The notes beneath the pieces are model-generated. The model was not told where the DNA came from. It did not search any database and was given only the letters and a program-made list of their open reading frames with translations. A stretch of 64,000 nt of DNA, from NCBI GenBank assembly GCA_045540295.1, contig JAZQGY010000029.1:22401-86400 (forward strand). Reading direction: 5' to 3'. Positions 10,125 to 19,704 of the stretch are shown piece by piece. This DNA is from Clostridia bacterium. GTDB lineage: Bacteria; Bacillota; Clostridia; UMGS1840. Position 1 is the stretch's first letter; each line of letters begins with the position of its first letter. A program made the translations under genes and the position numbers.

Positions 10125-10154
10125 ATTGTATCACTAATGCTTGGTTTTTGTCAA
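10125..10154 (-). promoter_or_regulatory. sigma-A promoter of fhs
   Basis: Minus strand TTGACA (10154-10149), 18-nt spacer, extended -10 TGATACAAT (to 10125). Gives a leader of about 105 nt. Confidence 0.6.
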
Positions 10155-10220
10155 TATCTATTGGGAAAAATACCAAAAAAGATTCCTAGAAAATGGGAAG
10201 AAACGGATTCTGTTTTTTTG

Positions 10221-10249
10221 TTGCATTTTTTATAAAGATGTGTTATACT
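10221..10249 (+). promoter_or_regulatory. sigma-A promoter of cysK
   Basis: TTGCAT (10221-10226), 17-nt spacer, TATACT (10244-10249). Confidence 0.5.
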
Positions 10250-10290
10250 AAGAAAGAAGTTTTAATTCCTTTTGAAAAAGGAGAATTTTT

Positions 10291-11217
10291 ATGAAAAAAG
10301 TATATCAGTCGGTAGAGGAACTGGTAGGAAACACCCCTCTTGTAAGGCTACAGAAAATAGAACATGAAAAGAAACTGTCAGCATCCCTTTATGCCAAACT
10401 GGAAGCCTTTAATCCGGGAGGCTCTGCCAAAGACCGTGTTGCAAAGAAAATGATTGAAGATGCGGAATGTTCCGGCAGATTAAAACCCGGTTCGGTGATA
10501 ATTGAACCTACCAGCGGAAATACCGGAATAGGTCTTTGTATGATTGCTTCTCAAAAAGGCTATCGTACGATTATCGTTATGCCGGAAACTATGTCGGAAG
10601 AACGCAAAATGCTGATGAAGGCATACGGGGGAGAATTGGTATTGACGGATGGAACGTTAGGAATGAAGGGTTCCATCGAAAAGGCAAAGGAACTTGCCAA
10701 AGAAATACCGGATAGCTTTTTACCCGACCAGTTTGCCAATCCCTCCAATCCGATGGCACACTATGAAAGTACCGGCCCAGAAATCTGGGATGCTTTGGAT
10801 GGAAAAGTGGACATCTTTGTGGCAGGCGTTGGCACCGGAGGTACCGTCAGCGGAGTTGGAAAATATTTAAAAGAGCAGAATCCTGATGTGAAAATTATTG
10901 CAGTGGAGCCGGCATCTTCCCCTGTGCTTTCCCAAGGCGTCAGCGGAAGTCACAAAATCCAAGGAATTGGTGCGGGATTTGTACCGGATACTTTAAATAC
11001 AGAAATCTATGATGAAATTATCACAGTTTCCAACGAAGACGCATACCGTTTTGCTGCAGAGCTTGGCAAAACAGAAGGGATCCTTAGCGGAATTTCTTCC
11101 GGCGCTGCATTATGCGGAGCGGTAACTGTTTCCCAACGGGAGGAAAACCGCGGAAAACAGGTGGTAGTTTTGTTTCCCGATACGGGAGAACGTTATTTAT
11201 CTGCGGGAGTTTTTTAG
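10291..11217 (+). CDS. cysK: cysteine synthase A (O-acetylserine sulfhydrylase)
   Basis: PLP-lysine region NPGGSAKDR, TSGNTG loop, GTGGT. 308 aa. Confidence 0.9.
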   Translation: MKKVYQSVEELVGNTPLVRLQKIEHEKKLSASLYAKLEAFNPGGSAKDRVAKKMIEDAECSGRLKPGSVIIEPTSGNTGIGLCMIASQKGYRTIIVMPETMSEERKMLMKAYGGELVLTDGTLGMKGSIEKAKELAKEIPDSFLPDQFANPSNPMAHYESTGPEIWDALDGKVDIFVAGVGTGGTVSGVGKYLKEQNPDVKIIAVEPASSPVLSQGVSGSHKIQGIGAGFVPDTLNTEIYDEIITVSNEDAYRFAAELGKTEGILSGISSGAALCGAVTVSQREENRGKQVVVLFPDTGERYLSAGVF

Positions 11218-11331
11218 CAGATTTTTTGTGTAATAAAAGCATATTTTCGGGTTGACAAACCGGAAATATATGTTATTTTATAGAGGAAAATATGTCCTTT
11301 GGGAAAGAAGGGCAAAGAGAGGTAAAATTTT

Positions 11332-13515
11332 ATGGACAAGAAAATTTTCAACAAAATTGCAAAAGTCAAAAAACAAAACCTCGGCACCACTTTAAAAGAA
11401 GATGCGGTGCTGGATTTAATTGAGCGTGTGACCGGTTCTAAAGCTTATCGGAAGCAGTTTGTAATTAAACAGATTGCAGAAGAAAAAACCGGCATGGATC
11501 AGTATAAACTTTACGATGAAGCTGGCAAAATTGTGATTGAAGCAACCTCCGGTGTTGCAGCAGCTGTTGCCTTTAATACATATTTAAAAGAAAAATGTCA
11601 TGTATTTTTCGGTCCCATAACTCAGGATGTGAAAAATTTACCGAAAAAACCGCCTAAGGTTGGAGAAGTGATTGAAAATAAATCAGTATTCTTATACCGT
11701 TATTTTATGAACTACTGTACCTATGTTTACACCTGTATTTATTGGAAATGGGAACAGTATGAAAAACTGATTGACTGGATGCTGATGGCAGGCATCAACC
11801 TGGTATTAAACCAGTTAGGTCACGAAATCGTTTGGAGAGATATGCTTTTGGAAATCGGTTATACCGAAGAAGAAGCAAACGACGATATTTGCGGTGCAGG
11901 TATGCTTCCTTGGCAGATTATGGGGAATATTAGCGAATTTGGTGGTGATATTCCCAAATGGTGGTACGAAGATCAGAAAATGCTGGCAAACAAAATGACC
12001 GAACGTATTCGTGATTTTGGCGGTGATGTTATCCGCCCCGCATTTTACGGAAAAGTGCCCAACAACATTTGCGATAAATATCCCGAAGCAAAAATCTATG
12101 CACAGGGCACCTGGAATTTAGCGCAAAAGGGTGACCGTCCTCCGCTGATTGATGTAAATGACCCGTTGTATGATAAAATGGCGGAAATCTACTATAGAAA
12201 ATCCAAAGAGCATTTTGGTGAAATTCACTATTATGGCGGAGACCCCTTCCATGAAGGCGGTATCACCGACGGTATCGATATTGCAGCATACTCCAAAACC
12301 AATATTGAAACCATGAAAAAATACTCCGACGGAAATGTTTGGTTCTATCAGGGATGGGTTGGCAATCCCAGACAGGAGCTTTTAGATGTATTAAAACACG
12401 AAGAAGTGCTGATTGGTCTTCTGTCCGGTGACCGTGTGGTGAACACTGCAAAAGAACTGTTTGGCGATTATCCCTATATGTATATGCAGATTGGTAACTT
12501 CGGCGGTGTTCAGCGTTTTACCGGTAACATTCCCGAATTTTTGAATCAGCCTTTTGAACTTTTGGAACCCGGTTCCTTAAACGATATGCTGGTTGGTATC
12601 GGTATGGCAATGGAAGGCATTGAAACCGACGAAATTATCTATGATGTGTTAGCATCCAACAGTATTCGTCAGAAACCCTTAAAACAGGACGATTTTGTAG
12701 AACGGTTCTTTAAAGCCAGATACGGTTACTACAATAAAAACATCAAAGAAGCATACGATTTGGTTATTGACAATATTTATACACTCTGGAAAGGCTTTGC
12801 GTATAATGCAAGTAAATCTTCTTCTCTGTGTACCTGTCCTAACATCAATGTGCGTACCGTTGGTTGGTTTGAATCCCGTGGCGGAAGCCCGTATCCCATT
12901 GAAATTTTGCAGAAAGCAACCCAGTTGATGCTCAAAGAATATGACAAGTTGAAGGATAATGAATGCTACCGTTTCGACTTGATGGAACTTTGCCGTCAGG
13001 CAAATGCCGACTACGGTTGGGAAATCATTGAAGCAATGAAAAATGCATATAAGGGCGGTAAACGTGCTCAGTTTGAGAAAGAAGCTCGCCGTTTCTTAAA
13101 ACTCTATGATTTGCAAGAAGCTGTAGTTCGTACCAATGAACATACTTTGTTGGGTGCTTGGATTCAGCGTGCAAGAGACTACGGCAGAAATGACACCGAA
13201 AAGAGAATCTTTGAATACAATGTGAAGAATATGATGACGCTTTGGTGCGGTAAGCCCGGTCGTTTCCGTTTGAGAGACTATGCGTTCCGTGAATATGACG
13301 GTATGCTCTCCGGTTACTACAAAAAACGTTGGATGGCGTATTTCACCTGGTTATCTCTCCACTTTGGCAGAGAAAACAAAGGCTTGGAACCCAATATCAG
13401 CTTTACCGAACAGGATTATGTGTTCACTCTGTCTACCGAAAACTATCGCACCAAACCCTCCGGTGATTTAAGAAAAGCTTGCGAAAACTCTATGAAATTC
13501 TGGACAAAATACTAA
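11332..13515 (+). CDS. alpha-N-acetylglucosaminidase, GH89 (NAGLU-like)
   Basis: YRYFMNYCT...WKWEQYEKLIDWMLMAGINLVLN and downstream blocks align by eye with human NAGLU. No signal peptide is evident. Confidence 0.78.
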   Translation: MDKKIFNKIAKVKKQNLGTTLKEDAVLDLIERVTGSKAYRKQFVIKQIAEEKTGMDQYKLYDEAGKIVIEATSGVAAAVAFNTYLKEKCHVFFGPITQDVKNLPKKPPKVGEVIENKSVFLYRYFMNYCTYVYTCIYWKWEQYEKLIDWMLMAGINLVLNQLGHEIVWRDMLLEIGYTEEEANDDICGAGMLPWQIMGNISEFGGDIPKWWYEDQKMLANKMTERIRDFGGDVIRPAFYGKVPNNICDKYPEAKIYAQGTWNLAQKGDRPPLIDVNDPLYDKMAEIYYRKSKEHFGEIHYYGGDPFHEGGITDGIDIAAYSKTNIETMKKYSDGNVWFYQGWVGNPRQELLDVLKHEEVLIGLLSGDRVVNTAKELFGDYPYMYMQIGNFGGVQRFTGNIPEFLNQPFELLEPGSLNDMLVGIGMAMEGIETDEIIYDVLASNSIRQKPLKQDDFVERFFKARYGYYNKNIKEAYDLVIDNIYTLWKGFAYNASKSSSLCTCPNINVRTVGWFESRGGSPYPIEILQKATQLMLKEYDKLKDNECYRFDLMELCRQANADYGWEIIEAMKNAYKGGKRAQFEKEARRFLKLYDLQEAVVRTNEHTLLGAWIQRARDYGRNDTEKRIFEYNVKNMMTLWCGKPGRFRLRDYAFREYDGMLSGYYKKRWMAYFTWLSLHFGRENKGLEPNISFTEQDYVFTLSTENYRTKPSGDLRKACENSMKFWTKY

Positions 13516-13529
13516 AAATATCCCAAATC

Positions 13530-13564
13530 AAAAAGCGACACCCCCAGAGGTGTCGCTTTTTTTC
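13530..13564 (+). terminator. intrinsic terminator
   Basis: AGCGACACC-cccaga-GGTGTCGCT followed by a T-run. Confidence 0.85.
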
Positions 13565-13634
13565 TGAAAAATCTTTACAAATATGACCAATTGTGATACA
13601 ATATTTACTGATAAGAATAAAGGAGGAATATCCT

Positions 13635-14573
13635 GTGAAAAAACTGTTTTGTATTCTGTTATGCGTGTGTTTGCTGACGGCTTGCAGCTCACAGCAGCTA
13701 TCCTTTGATGAGCAATATCCGTCTGTTACAGAGGTGCGGGAATTTGCTCAGGGAGGGGATAAGTTGATTGGCGTTGCATATCTTGGTTATGCGGAAGGGG
13801 ATTTCGACAAAGTATCAGCATATCTTTCCGAGCAAGCTTTCCGACAACATTATTCCTTTATTACCCAAATTCCGTCTACTCATTTTGTGCAGGCGGAAGG
13901 CGCAGAACTGTACTGTGTGGTTCCTGCTGACGGTGTCTCGCTGAGTATTTGCTCGGTAGTGTTGGACGAAACGGATTATCAGTTGAAACCGGGCGAGGAA
14001 CTTCTTTCAGTAGCAGACGGGATGCCGGTGCTTCTGCAGGGAAACATCAGCGACATTATGGCAAATCTGATGATTGTTGCGAAAAAAGGTGATGTGGCAA
14101 TTCAGTATGCTCCCAGCCTTTCTTTGGAAAACGGCACATTATCAAATTATAATCAGTTGGTATATGATTTCACTCCCTACAGTTATATGGATCAATATGT
14201 GGGGAATGGAACGGAAGCTGAGTGGGATTTCTACGGTGACTGGACTTGCACGGTAACCGAAGCAGACGGCACTGTTTTTGACTTGGCATTATCCATTTCT
14301 TCCGATGGGGTAGAGTATAGCTATGTATCCGAAAAAGCGAAGGGTGATTATCACGGAGAATGGCTTATAATGGCTGATGGGAAGCTGAGATTATGTACCG
14401 ACGGTCACGCTGAGTTTGCGGATACTGACGGTTTTGCTGCGCAGAATCTGGAAGTTGATGCTATGTTTGATTGGCAGGTTGACGATGCCGGCCTTAGCTT
14501 AAAATATTTTAACGGTGATCCTTTATATCCCGGTGTAACATTCACTGAGTTTCAGTTTGTTTCAATGGATTAA
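13635..14573 (+). CDS. lipoprotein, function unknown
   Basis: GTG start 8 nt after AGGAGGA. Lipobox LLTAC|SS. Confidence 0.6.
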   Translation: MKKLFCILLCVCLLTACSSQQLSFDEQYPSVTEVREFAQGGDKLIGVAYLGYAEGDFDKVSAYLSEQAFRQHYSFITQIPSTHFVQAEGAELYCVVPADGVSLSICSVVLDETDYQLKPGEELLSVADGMPVLLQGNISDIMANLMIVAKKGDVAIQYAPSLSLENGTLSNYNQLVYDFTPYSYMDQYVGNGTEAEWDFYGDWTCTVTEADGTVFDLALSISSDGVEYSYVSEKAKGDYHGEWLIMADGKLRLCTDGHAEFADTDGFAAQNLEVDAMFDWQVDDAGLSLKYFNGDPLYPGVTFTEFQFVSMD

Positions 14574-14582
14574 ATTATTACT

Positions 14583-14620
14583 AAAAAAGAACTGTATCTT
14601 TGCGATACAGTTCTTTTTTT
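14583..14620. terminator. bidirectional intrinsic terminator
   Basis: AAAAAAGAACTGTATC-tttgc-GATACAGTTCTTTTTTT between convergent genes. Confidence 0.85.
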
Positions 14621-14623
14621 ATC

Positions 14624-15286
14624 CTAGAAATTATTAACGTCTAGTAACCATTTTCCATCAATCTTAACAATATTAAAAGTTTGTTCCGTGGTGGTGGTTT
14701 CCATTGTGACGTCATCAAGAGCATCGGTCATAGCATCAAATAAAGCGGGGAAGAGGATGTCGTAGAGTTCCTGCTCACTCATCGTTTCATTGATTGTGCC
14801 ATCTTCTAACATTTGCATCATAAGGGTTTCTATGTCGATGCTTGCCATCATTTCGTTCATCATCGAATTGGAATCGAAATTATCGACATCAATGATTGTT
14901 AACGTTACCTTGGCAGCAAAGCTATCACCTTTTTTGTCCACAGAAACGATTTCATAGGAGGCTTGTGATTGCATCACGTCGAACATAGCTTCTACAAATT
15001 TTTGCAAGCTGGTTTCATACTGACGAATATTTTCCGGCATATTTTCCAGCATTTGTTCCAATGCATCTTCCTGGCCGGCGTAAGGAGCAGAATCCATTAG
15101 TTTTTCAGGGTTGGTGGTGTATGTAGCTGCTTCACCAAATTCAAAACTGGATAACGCTTCCATGTAGTTTGTTACGGCTTTTTCAGCCAGAGCTTTTTCA
15201 TCATTCTGAGCAGGCTGTCCCTGGCAACCGACTAACAGGGTTAATACCATCACAAGAGCTACCAGAACGGATAATGCTTTTTTCAT
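14624..15286 (-). CDS. lipoprotein, function unknown
   Basis: Start MKKALSVLVALVMVLTLLVGC with lipobox LVGC and GGAGGT RBS. The mature part is acidic. Confidence 0.6.
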   Translation of the reverse strand: MKKALSVLVALVMVLTLLVGCQGQPAQNDEKALAEKAVTNYMEALSSFEFGEAATYTTNPEKLMDSAPYAGQEDALEQMLENMPENIRQYETSLQKFVEAMFDVMQSQASYEIVSVDKKGDSFAAKVTLTIIDVDNFDSNSMMNEMMASIDIETLMMQMLEDGTINETMSEQELYDILFPALFDAMTDALDDVTMETTTTEQTFNIVKIDGKWLLDVNNF

Positions 15287-15351
15287 TTGTAATACCTCCA
15301 AACGGTTATTTTTTCACATTATATCATATTTTTTAAGAAATGTCAAATCCC

Positions 15352-15397
15352 GGGAAAAAATAAAACATCTGCTCCAAAATGCCGGGCAGATGTTTTG
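15352..15397 (-). terminator. intrinsic terminator
   Basis: AAAACATCTGC...GCAGATGTTTT hairpin directly after the stop at 15400, with a T-run on the minus strand. Confidence 0.7.
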
Positions 15398-15399
15398 TT

Positions 15400-15864
15400 T
15401 TAGATATTAGCTTGTTTGCAAATCAATCCAACTGTTTCGGAAACATGCTCCAAAATAAAAGTGAATTTTCCTTGCTTCGTTTCAATGGTAGCTCTGTCGC
15501 CACGGTAACTTGCATAAGTGATATCTTCGTAAGGAATTTCGAAAGCGGCATTACGGTAACCGTTTACGGCATATACCCCTGCAATTCCTTGTTCCATCAC
15601 GCTGATATACGTTTCGGAAAGCCTTTTTTTTATGCCGCCAAACACAACGTAAAATATAACACTGAATAAAATGACAAATCCAATTTGAATGGATAAAGTA
15701 ATCCACCAACTTAAGCCGGCAGAATCAAATAAGGTCCCTAAAAAAAAGGAAACAATAACAGCAGAAATCACGATAGGAACAATATCTTTATATAAACTGG
15801 TTTTAGAGTAATATTTCTGGGGACATTGATCTCTCAATAATTCCGATCCAAGTGTATGTGACAT
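15400..15864 (-). CDS. membrane protein with 2 TM segments and a C-terminal soluble domain, function unknown
   Basis: Start MSHTLGSE preceded by AGGAGGAAT. The longer ORF has no RBS. Confidence 0.5.
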   Translation of the reverse strand: MSHTLGSELLRDQCPQKYYSKTSLYKDIVPIVISAVIVSFFLGTLFDSAGLSWWITLSIQIGFVILFSVIFYVVFGGIKKRLSETYISVMEQGIAGVYAVNGYRNAAFEIPYEDITYASYRGDRATIETKQGKFTFILEHVSETVGLICKQANI

Positions 15865-15941
15865 GGTAATTCCTCCTTTTTTGACATTATACCACAGTGT
15901 CTGAAAAAAAGCAAGTTTTATTGATGTTTTTATCCGCACAT

Positions 15942-16946
15942 TTAAAACAATTTCAAGTTTTCTTTTGATAAGGTAAGATGTCCTTGTTCTGCTTTTTTAA
16001 TAATTTCGGTGATTTTGTCATTGATAGGAGTGGGAATACCGTATTGTTTACCCCATTGGCAAACAATACCGTTAATGGCGTTGACTTCACAGGGCTTCTT
16101 CTTTTTCAAATCCTGAAGCATTGAGGGTTCGATATTGCGATGCTTTTTCATAGCAATTGGTAAAAGAAGGGTAGCAAATGCACGTTTCAAGGCGTTCTTA
16201 TAGTAGAATAACGCAACAATATTTTTTCCTTGAACCGGTGCAAAAGTAATTCCGGCAGCATGCCCTACATCAATACATTCTTTCATACATCTGATGGCAA
16301 TTTTTTTAGCTTCTTTTCCTTCGGAAACGTCACCAAATAAACCTCCAATCACGGTGCCAAGACCTGAGAATGTGGCATTGATGAGTAATTTCGACCATCT
16401 TGCCCCCATTAAGTTTTCTTCAATATGAACCGGACACATCAGCTCCAGAAGTGTTTTCACTTCGTTGAGCATTTCCCGGGAAATACCCTCCATACCGCCC
16501 ATATGAAAGGAAAGACTTTCCGGATCACTGGTTAATGTGCAAATGCCCGGCTCTTGCAGGGTAGCACCCCATTCCACCACGCAACCCATCGTGCGGTTCG
16601 AACCGATAATGTCTGCAATTTCAGGTTCAGGAAGTCCGTTTTGAAGGGTGACCAGTACACCGTTCTCAGAGAGAAAATCCTTTAAAAAAGTGACCACTTC
16701 ACGGTTATAAAGTTGTTTGGTCAAAAGTAGAATAATATCATACTTTCCCGTCATTTCATCCGGAGTAAGAGCGGAAACAGGAATGTTGATATTCACGGTT
16801 CCGTTGATTGTAGCACCGTTTTTCTGCAAAGCTTCCACATGAGCTTTGTTGCGGTTAATCAAGTCAATTTTACCGCCGTTTTTTGTAATGTAAGCACCTA
16901 AAACCGTTCCCAGGCTTCCGGCACCGTATATTGCATATCGTCTCAT
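15942..16946 (-). CDS. 2-dehydropantoate 2-reductase family (ApbA/PanE) oxidoreductase
   Basis: N-terminal IYGAGSLGTVLG Rossmann motif. 334-aa two-domain layout typical of ApbA/PanE. Confidence 0.7.
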   Translation of the reverse strand: MRRYAIYGAGSLGTVLGAYITKNGGKIDLINRNKAHVEALQKNGATINGTVNINIPVSALTPDEMTGKYDIILLLTKQLYNREVVTFLKDFLSENGVLVTLQNGLPEPEIADIIGSNRTMGCVVEWGATLQEPGICTLTSDPESLSFHMGGMEGISREMLNEVKTLLELMCPVHIEENLMGARWSKLLINATFSGLGTVIGGLFGDVSEGKEAKKIAIRCMKECIDVGHAAGITFAPVQGKNIVALFYYKNALKRAFATLLLPIAMKKHRNIEPSMLQDLKKKKPCEVNAINGIVCQWGKQYGIPTPINDKITEIIKKAEQGHLTLSKENLKLF

Positions 16947-17026
16947 ATATCTATAAGCATCCTTTCTTCGTAAGATATGTTTATAGTATCACAGTTTGCG
17001 AAAAATGTCAATTATTGTCCGATGAT

Positions 17027-17059
17027 AAAAACTCCTCCGTTGAATACGGAGGAGTTTTT
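17027..17059. terminator. bidirectional intrinsic terminator
   Basis: AAAAACTCCTCCGT-tgaat-ACGGAGGAGTTTTT. Confidence 0.85.
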
Positions 17060-17065
17060 GTCAGA

Positions 17066-19366
17066 TTATTTGCTTTTTTCCAGGTCTCTGTTTCTGATTT
17101 CAACACGGCGAACTTTTCCGCTGATTGTTTTGGGAAGTTCTTCCACAAATTCAACAATTCTGGGATATTTGTAAGGTGCAGTGTGAGTTTTTACATATTC
17201 CTGAATTTCTTTTTTCAGCTCATCGGTGCCTTCAGTGCCTTTTACCAGCACAATGGTAGCTTTCACAATTTGACCGCGCACTTCATCGGGAACAGGAGTG
17301 ATTGCACATTCCAAAACATAAGGGAGTTCCATGATAACGCTTTCGATTTCAAAAGGCCCGATACGATAGCCGGAGGATTTGATAACATCGTCGATTCTGC
17401 CAACATACCAAAGGTAGCCATCTTCGTCCATAGTTGCCTGGTCACCGGTATGATAGTAACCGTCGTGCCATACTTCATTGGTTTTTTCATCATCTAAGTA
17501 GTAGCCGATAAACAGCCCGCAGGGGATGTTATCCTTCACCCGGATACAGATTTCACCGGTATCACCGGTTTTACATTCGTTTCCGTCAGGATCCAGAACC
17601 ACAACATCGTACAACGGACTGGGACGTCCCATAGAACCGATTTTTGGAGTGGAACCGACAAAGTTTGCAATGGACAGGGTAGTTTCGGTCTGGCCGAAGC
17701 CTTCCATAATGGTCAGACCGGTAGCTTTTTTAAACTGATTGAACACTTCCGGGTTTAATGCTTCGCCGGCAGTGGTTGCATATTCAATGGAAGAAAGATC
17801 GTATTTTGATAAATCTTCTTTAATGAAGAAGCGATACATGGTGGGAGGTGCACAGAAGGTTGTGATGTGATATTTCTGGAACATAGGTAAGATGTCTTCA
17901 GAATGGAAACGGTCAAAGTCGTAAGTGAACTGTGCTGCTTCACAGAGCCACTGTCCGTATAGCTTGCCCCACAGTGCTTTTCCCCAGCCGGTATCGGAAA
18001 TGGTGAAATGCAGACCGTCCGGATTCACATTGTGCCAATGCTTGGCAGTGGGGTAGTGACCTAAAGCATATTTGTAGGAATGGGTTGCGATTCTGGGATA
18101 ACCTGTGGTACCGGAGGTAAAGAGCATCAGCATAGGATCGTTTCCGCAGGGAGTGTTTTCCGTTCTGAAATAATGTGTGCTGAAACGTTCCATTTCCACA
18201 TTAAAATCATGCCAGCCTTCTTTACAGCCGCCGACTAACACTTTTACCATACCGGGGTAATTTGCAGCCGCTTTTTCAGCTTCTGCAGATACATCACCGT
18301 CTGCTGTGCAAACGATTGCTTTTACTTTTGCTGCTTTATATCTGTAATCAAAATCGTGTTCTACAAGCTGATTGGTTGCAGGGATTGCGATTGCTCCGAT
18401 TTTATGCAGTGCCAGCATACAGAACCAGAATTGGTAGTGACGTTTTAATACCAGCATTACGGTATCGCCTTTTTTGATGCCTAAGGATTCAAAATAGTTT
18501 GCAGTTTTTGCAGAATATTTTTTCATATCGCTGAAGGTGAAACGTCTGTCAGTTTTATCGTTTGCAACCCACATCATTGCCAGTTTGTCAGGATCCTTTT
18601 TGGCAATAGCATCCACACAGTCAAATGCGAAATTGAATTTATCTTCGTTTTTGAAGGTGATGCCGTTAAATACACCGTTTTCGTCGTAAGAGGATTCGAT
18701 AAAATTATCGGCAACTGTTTTCTTTTCAGCTTCTTTTGCTTTTGCTGCTTTTGCTGCAATGAAGGGGGCTTCAGGATATTCTTCGGAGAAATGTCCGTCC
18801 TGGGGATTTAAAACTACAGCGTGAAATTCGCATCCGCCTTCTGATGCAGCAATCATTCCGTGGGGAATGATACTGTTATAAAAAATGGAATCTCCTTCGT
18901 GCAACACGTCAATGTGATTGCCGACTTGCACTTTTAAAGAACCTTTCACAATAACGTCAAATTCCTGTCCGTTATGGGAATTCAGCTTGATGGGAGCGTT
19001 TTGTTCTTCAGCAAGGTAAGGGAATTTAACCAAAAACGGTTCTGCCAGCTTTTCTTTGAATTTCGGTGCTAAGTTGTTATACACAACACCTTGCTTTTTA
19101 ATAATTTTTAATCCTTCGCCTTTTCTGGTGATGGCAAAGGAGGTAAGGGTAGTGGAGGTTCCTTCTAATAAGTCTACTACCTCAACTCCGCAGGCCTTGG
19201 CACATTTGTAAATAAATGTGAAGGAAAAATCGGTTTCGCCCTGTTCCAAAAGCAGATAGTCTTCTTTTGAAACACCTGTCAGTTTTGCTAATTCCTCGGG
19301 GGTGTAGCCCTTTGCTTCACGTAGGTCTTTGATTCTTCCTGCGACTTCTTTCAAATTGTAGTCCAT
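17066..19366 (-). CDS. fusion protein: XRE-type HTH + cupin + AMP-forming medium/short-chain acyl-CoA synthetase
   Basis: Residues about 5-65 are HTH (GYTPEELAKLTGVSKEDYLLLEQG). Residues about 125-190 are cupin (GQEFDVIVKGSLKVQVG...GDSIFYNSIIPHG). The remainder has adenylate-forming motifs TSGTTGYPR, YHTGD, GRIDDVIKSSGYRIGP and PKTISGKVRR. ATG at 19366 follows GGAGAC. Confidence 0.82.
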   Translation of the reverse strand: MDYNLKEVAGRIKDLREAKGYTPEELAKLTGVSKEDYLLLEQGETDFSFTFIYKCAKACGVEVVDLLEGTSTTLTSFAITRKGEGLKIIKKQGVVYNNLAPKFKEKLAEPFLVKFPYLAEEQNAPIKLNSHNGQEFDVIVKGSLKVQVGNHIDVLHEGDSIFYNSIIPHGMIAASEGGCEFHAVVLNPQDGHFSEEYPEAPFIAAKAAKAKEAEKKTVADNFIESSYDENGVFNGITFKNEDKFNFAFDCVDAIAKKDPDKLAMMWVANDKTDRRFTFSDMKKYSAKTANYFESLGIKKGDTVMLVLKRHYQFWFCMLALHKIGAIAIPATNQLVEHDFDYRYKAAKVKAIVCTADGDVSAEAEKAAANYPGMVKVLVGGCKEGWHDFNVEMERFSTHYFRTENTPCGNDPMLMLFTSGTTGYPRIATHSYKYALGHYPTAKHWHNVNPDGLHFTISDTGWGKALWGKLYGQWLCEAAQFTYDFDRFHSEDILPMFQKYHITTFCAPPTMYRFFIKEDLSKYDLSSIEYATTAGEALNPEVFNQFKKATGLTIMEGFGQTETTLSIANFVGSTPKIGSMGRPSPLYDVVVLDPDGNECKTGDTGEICIRVKDNIPCGLFIGYYLDDEKTNEVWHDGYYHTGDQATMDEDGYLWYVGRIDDVIKSSGYRIGPFEIESVIMELPYVLECAITPVPDEVRGQIVKATIVLVKGTEGTDELKKEIQEYVKTHTAPYKYPRIVEFVEELPKTISGKVRRVEIRNRDLEKSK

Positions 19367-19421
19367 TGTTCTGTCTCCTTTCATTTTCGTGAACGAATCG
19401 TGTTACGAATTTGAATAAAAC

Positions 19422-19680
19422 AAAAAAACTCGTCTCAAACACACTTTGAGACGAGTTTTAATAACCCGCGGTACCACTCAAATTACGGAAAAAATCCGTC
19501 ACTTACCGGGCTCTATCAAGCCCTTTGCCTTAACGCAGCAATACGGAAGGAGCCTACTCATAAACACTTTCGGTCCTCCGACTCAGAGGTGATAAGCCAT
19601 TGGAATGCATCCCCATTGCCTCGCACCAACCGGCAACTCTCTCCAGGTTCTTCAATCCGACCGTCCTCGTCACAGTCGTT
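19422..19680 (-). promoter_or_regulatory. T-box riboswitch leader (apparent specifier AUC, Ile)
   Basis: Minus strand carries a K-turn-like base, AG bay GGAGAGAG, distal loop GGTTGGTGCGAG and T-box sequence AATTTGAGTGGTACCGCGGG (19484-19463). Terminator is AAAACTCGTCTCAAA/TTTGAGACGAGTTTTTTT. Confidence 0.85.
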
Positions 19681-19704
19681 TTTGTGATATTCAAATTTGT
19701 CTGC

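Noticed and set aside
16931-17497. 188-aa plus-strand ORF spanning the panE start region and the 3' end of the acyl-CoA synthetase gene
   Set aside because: It overlaps two well-supported minus-strand genes and a bidirectional terminator. It is rich in F/N/I, as expected for antisense AT-rich sequence, and has no RBS.
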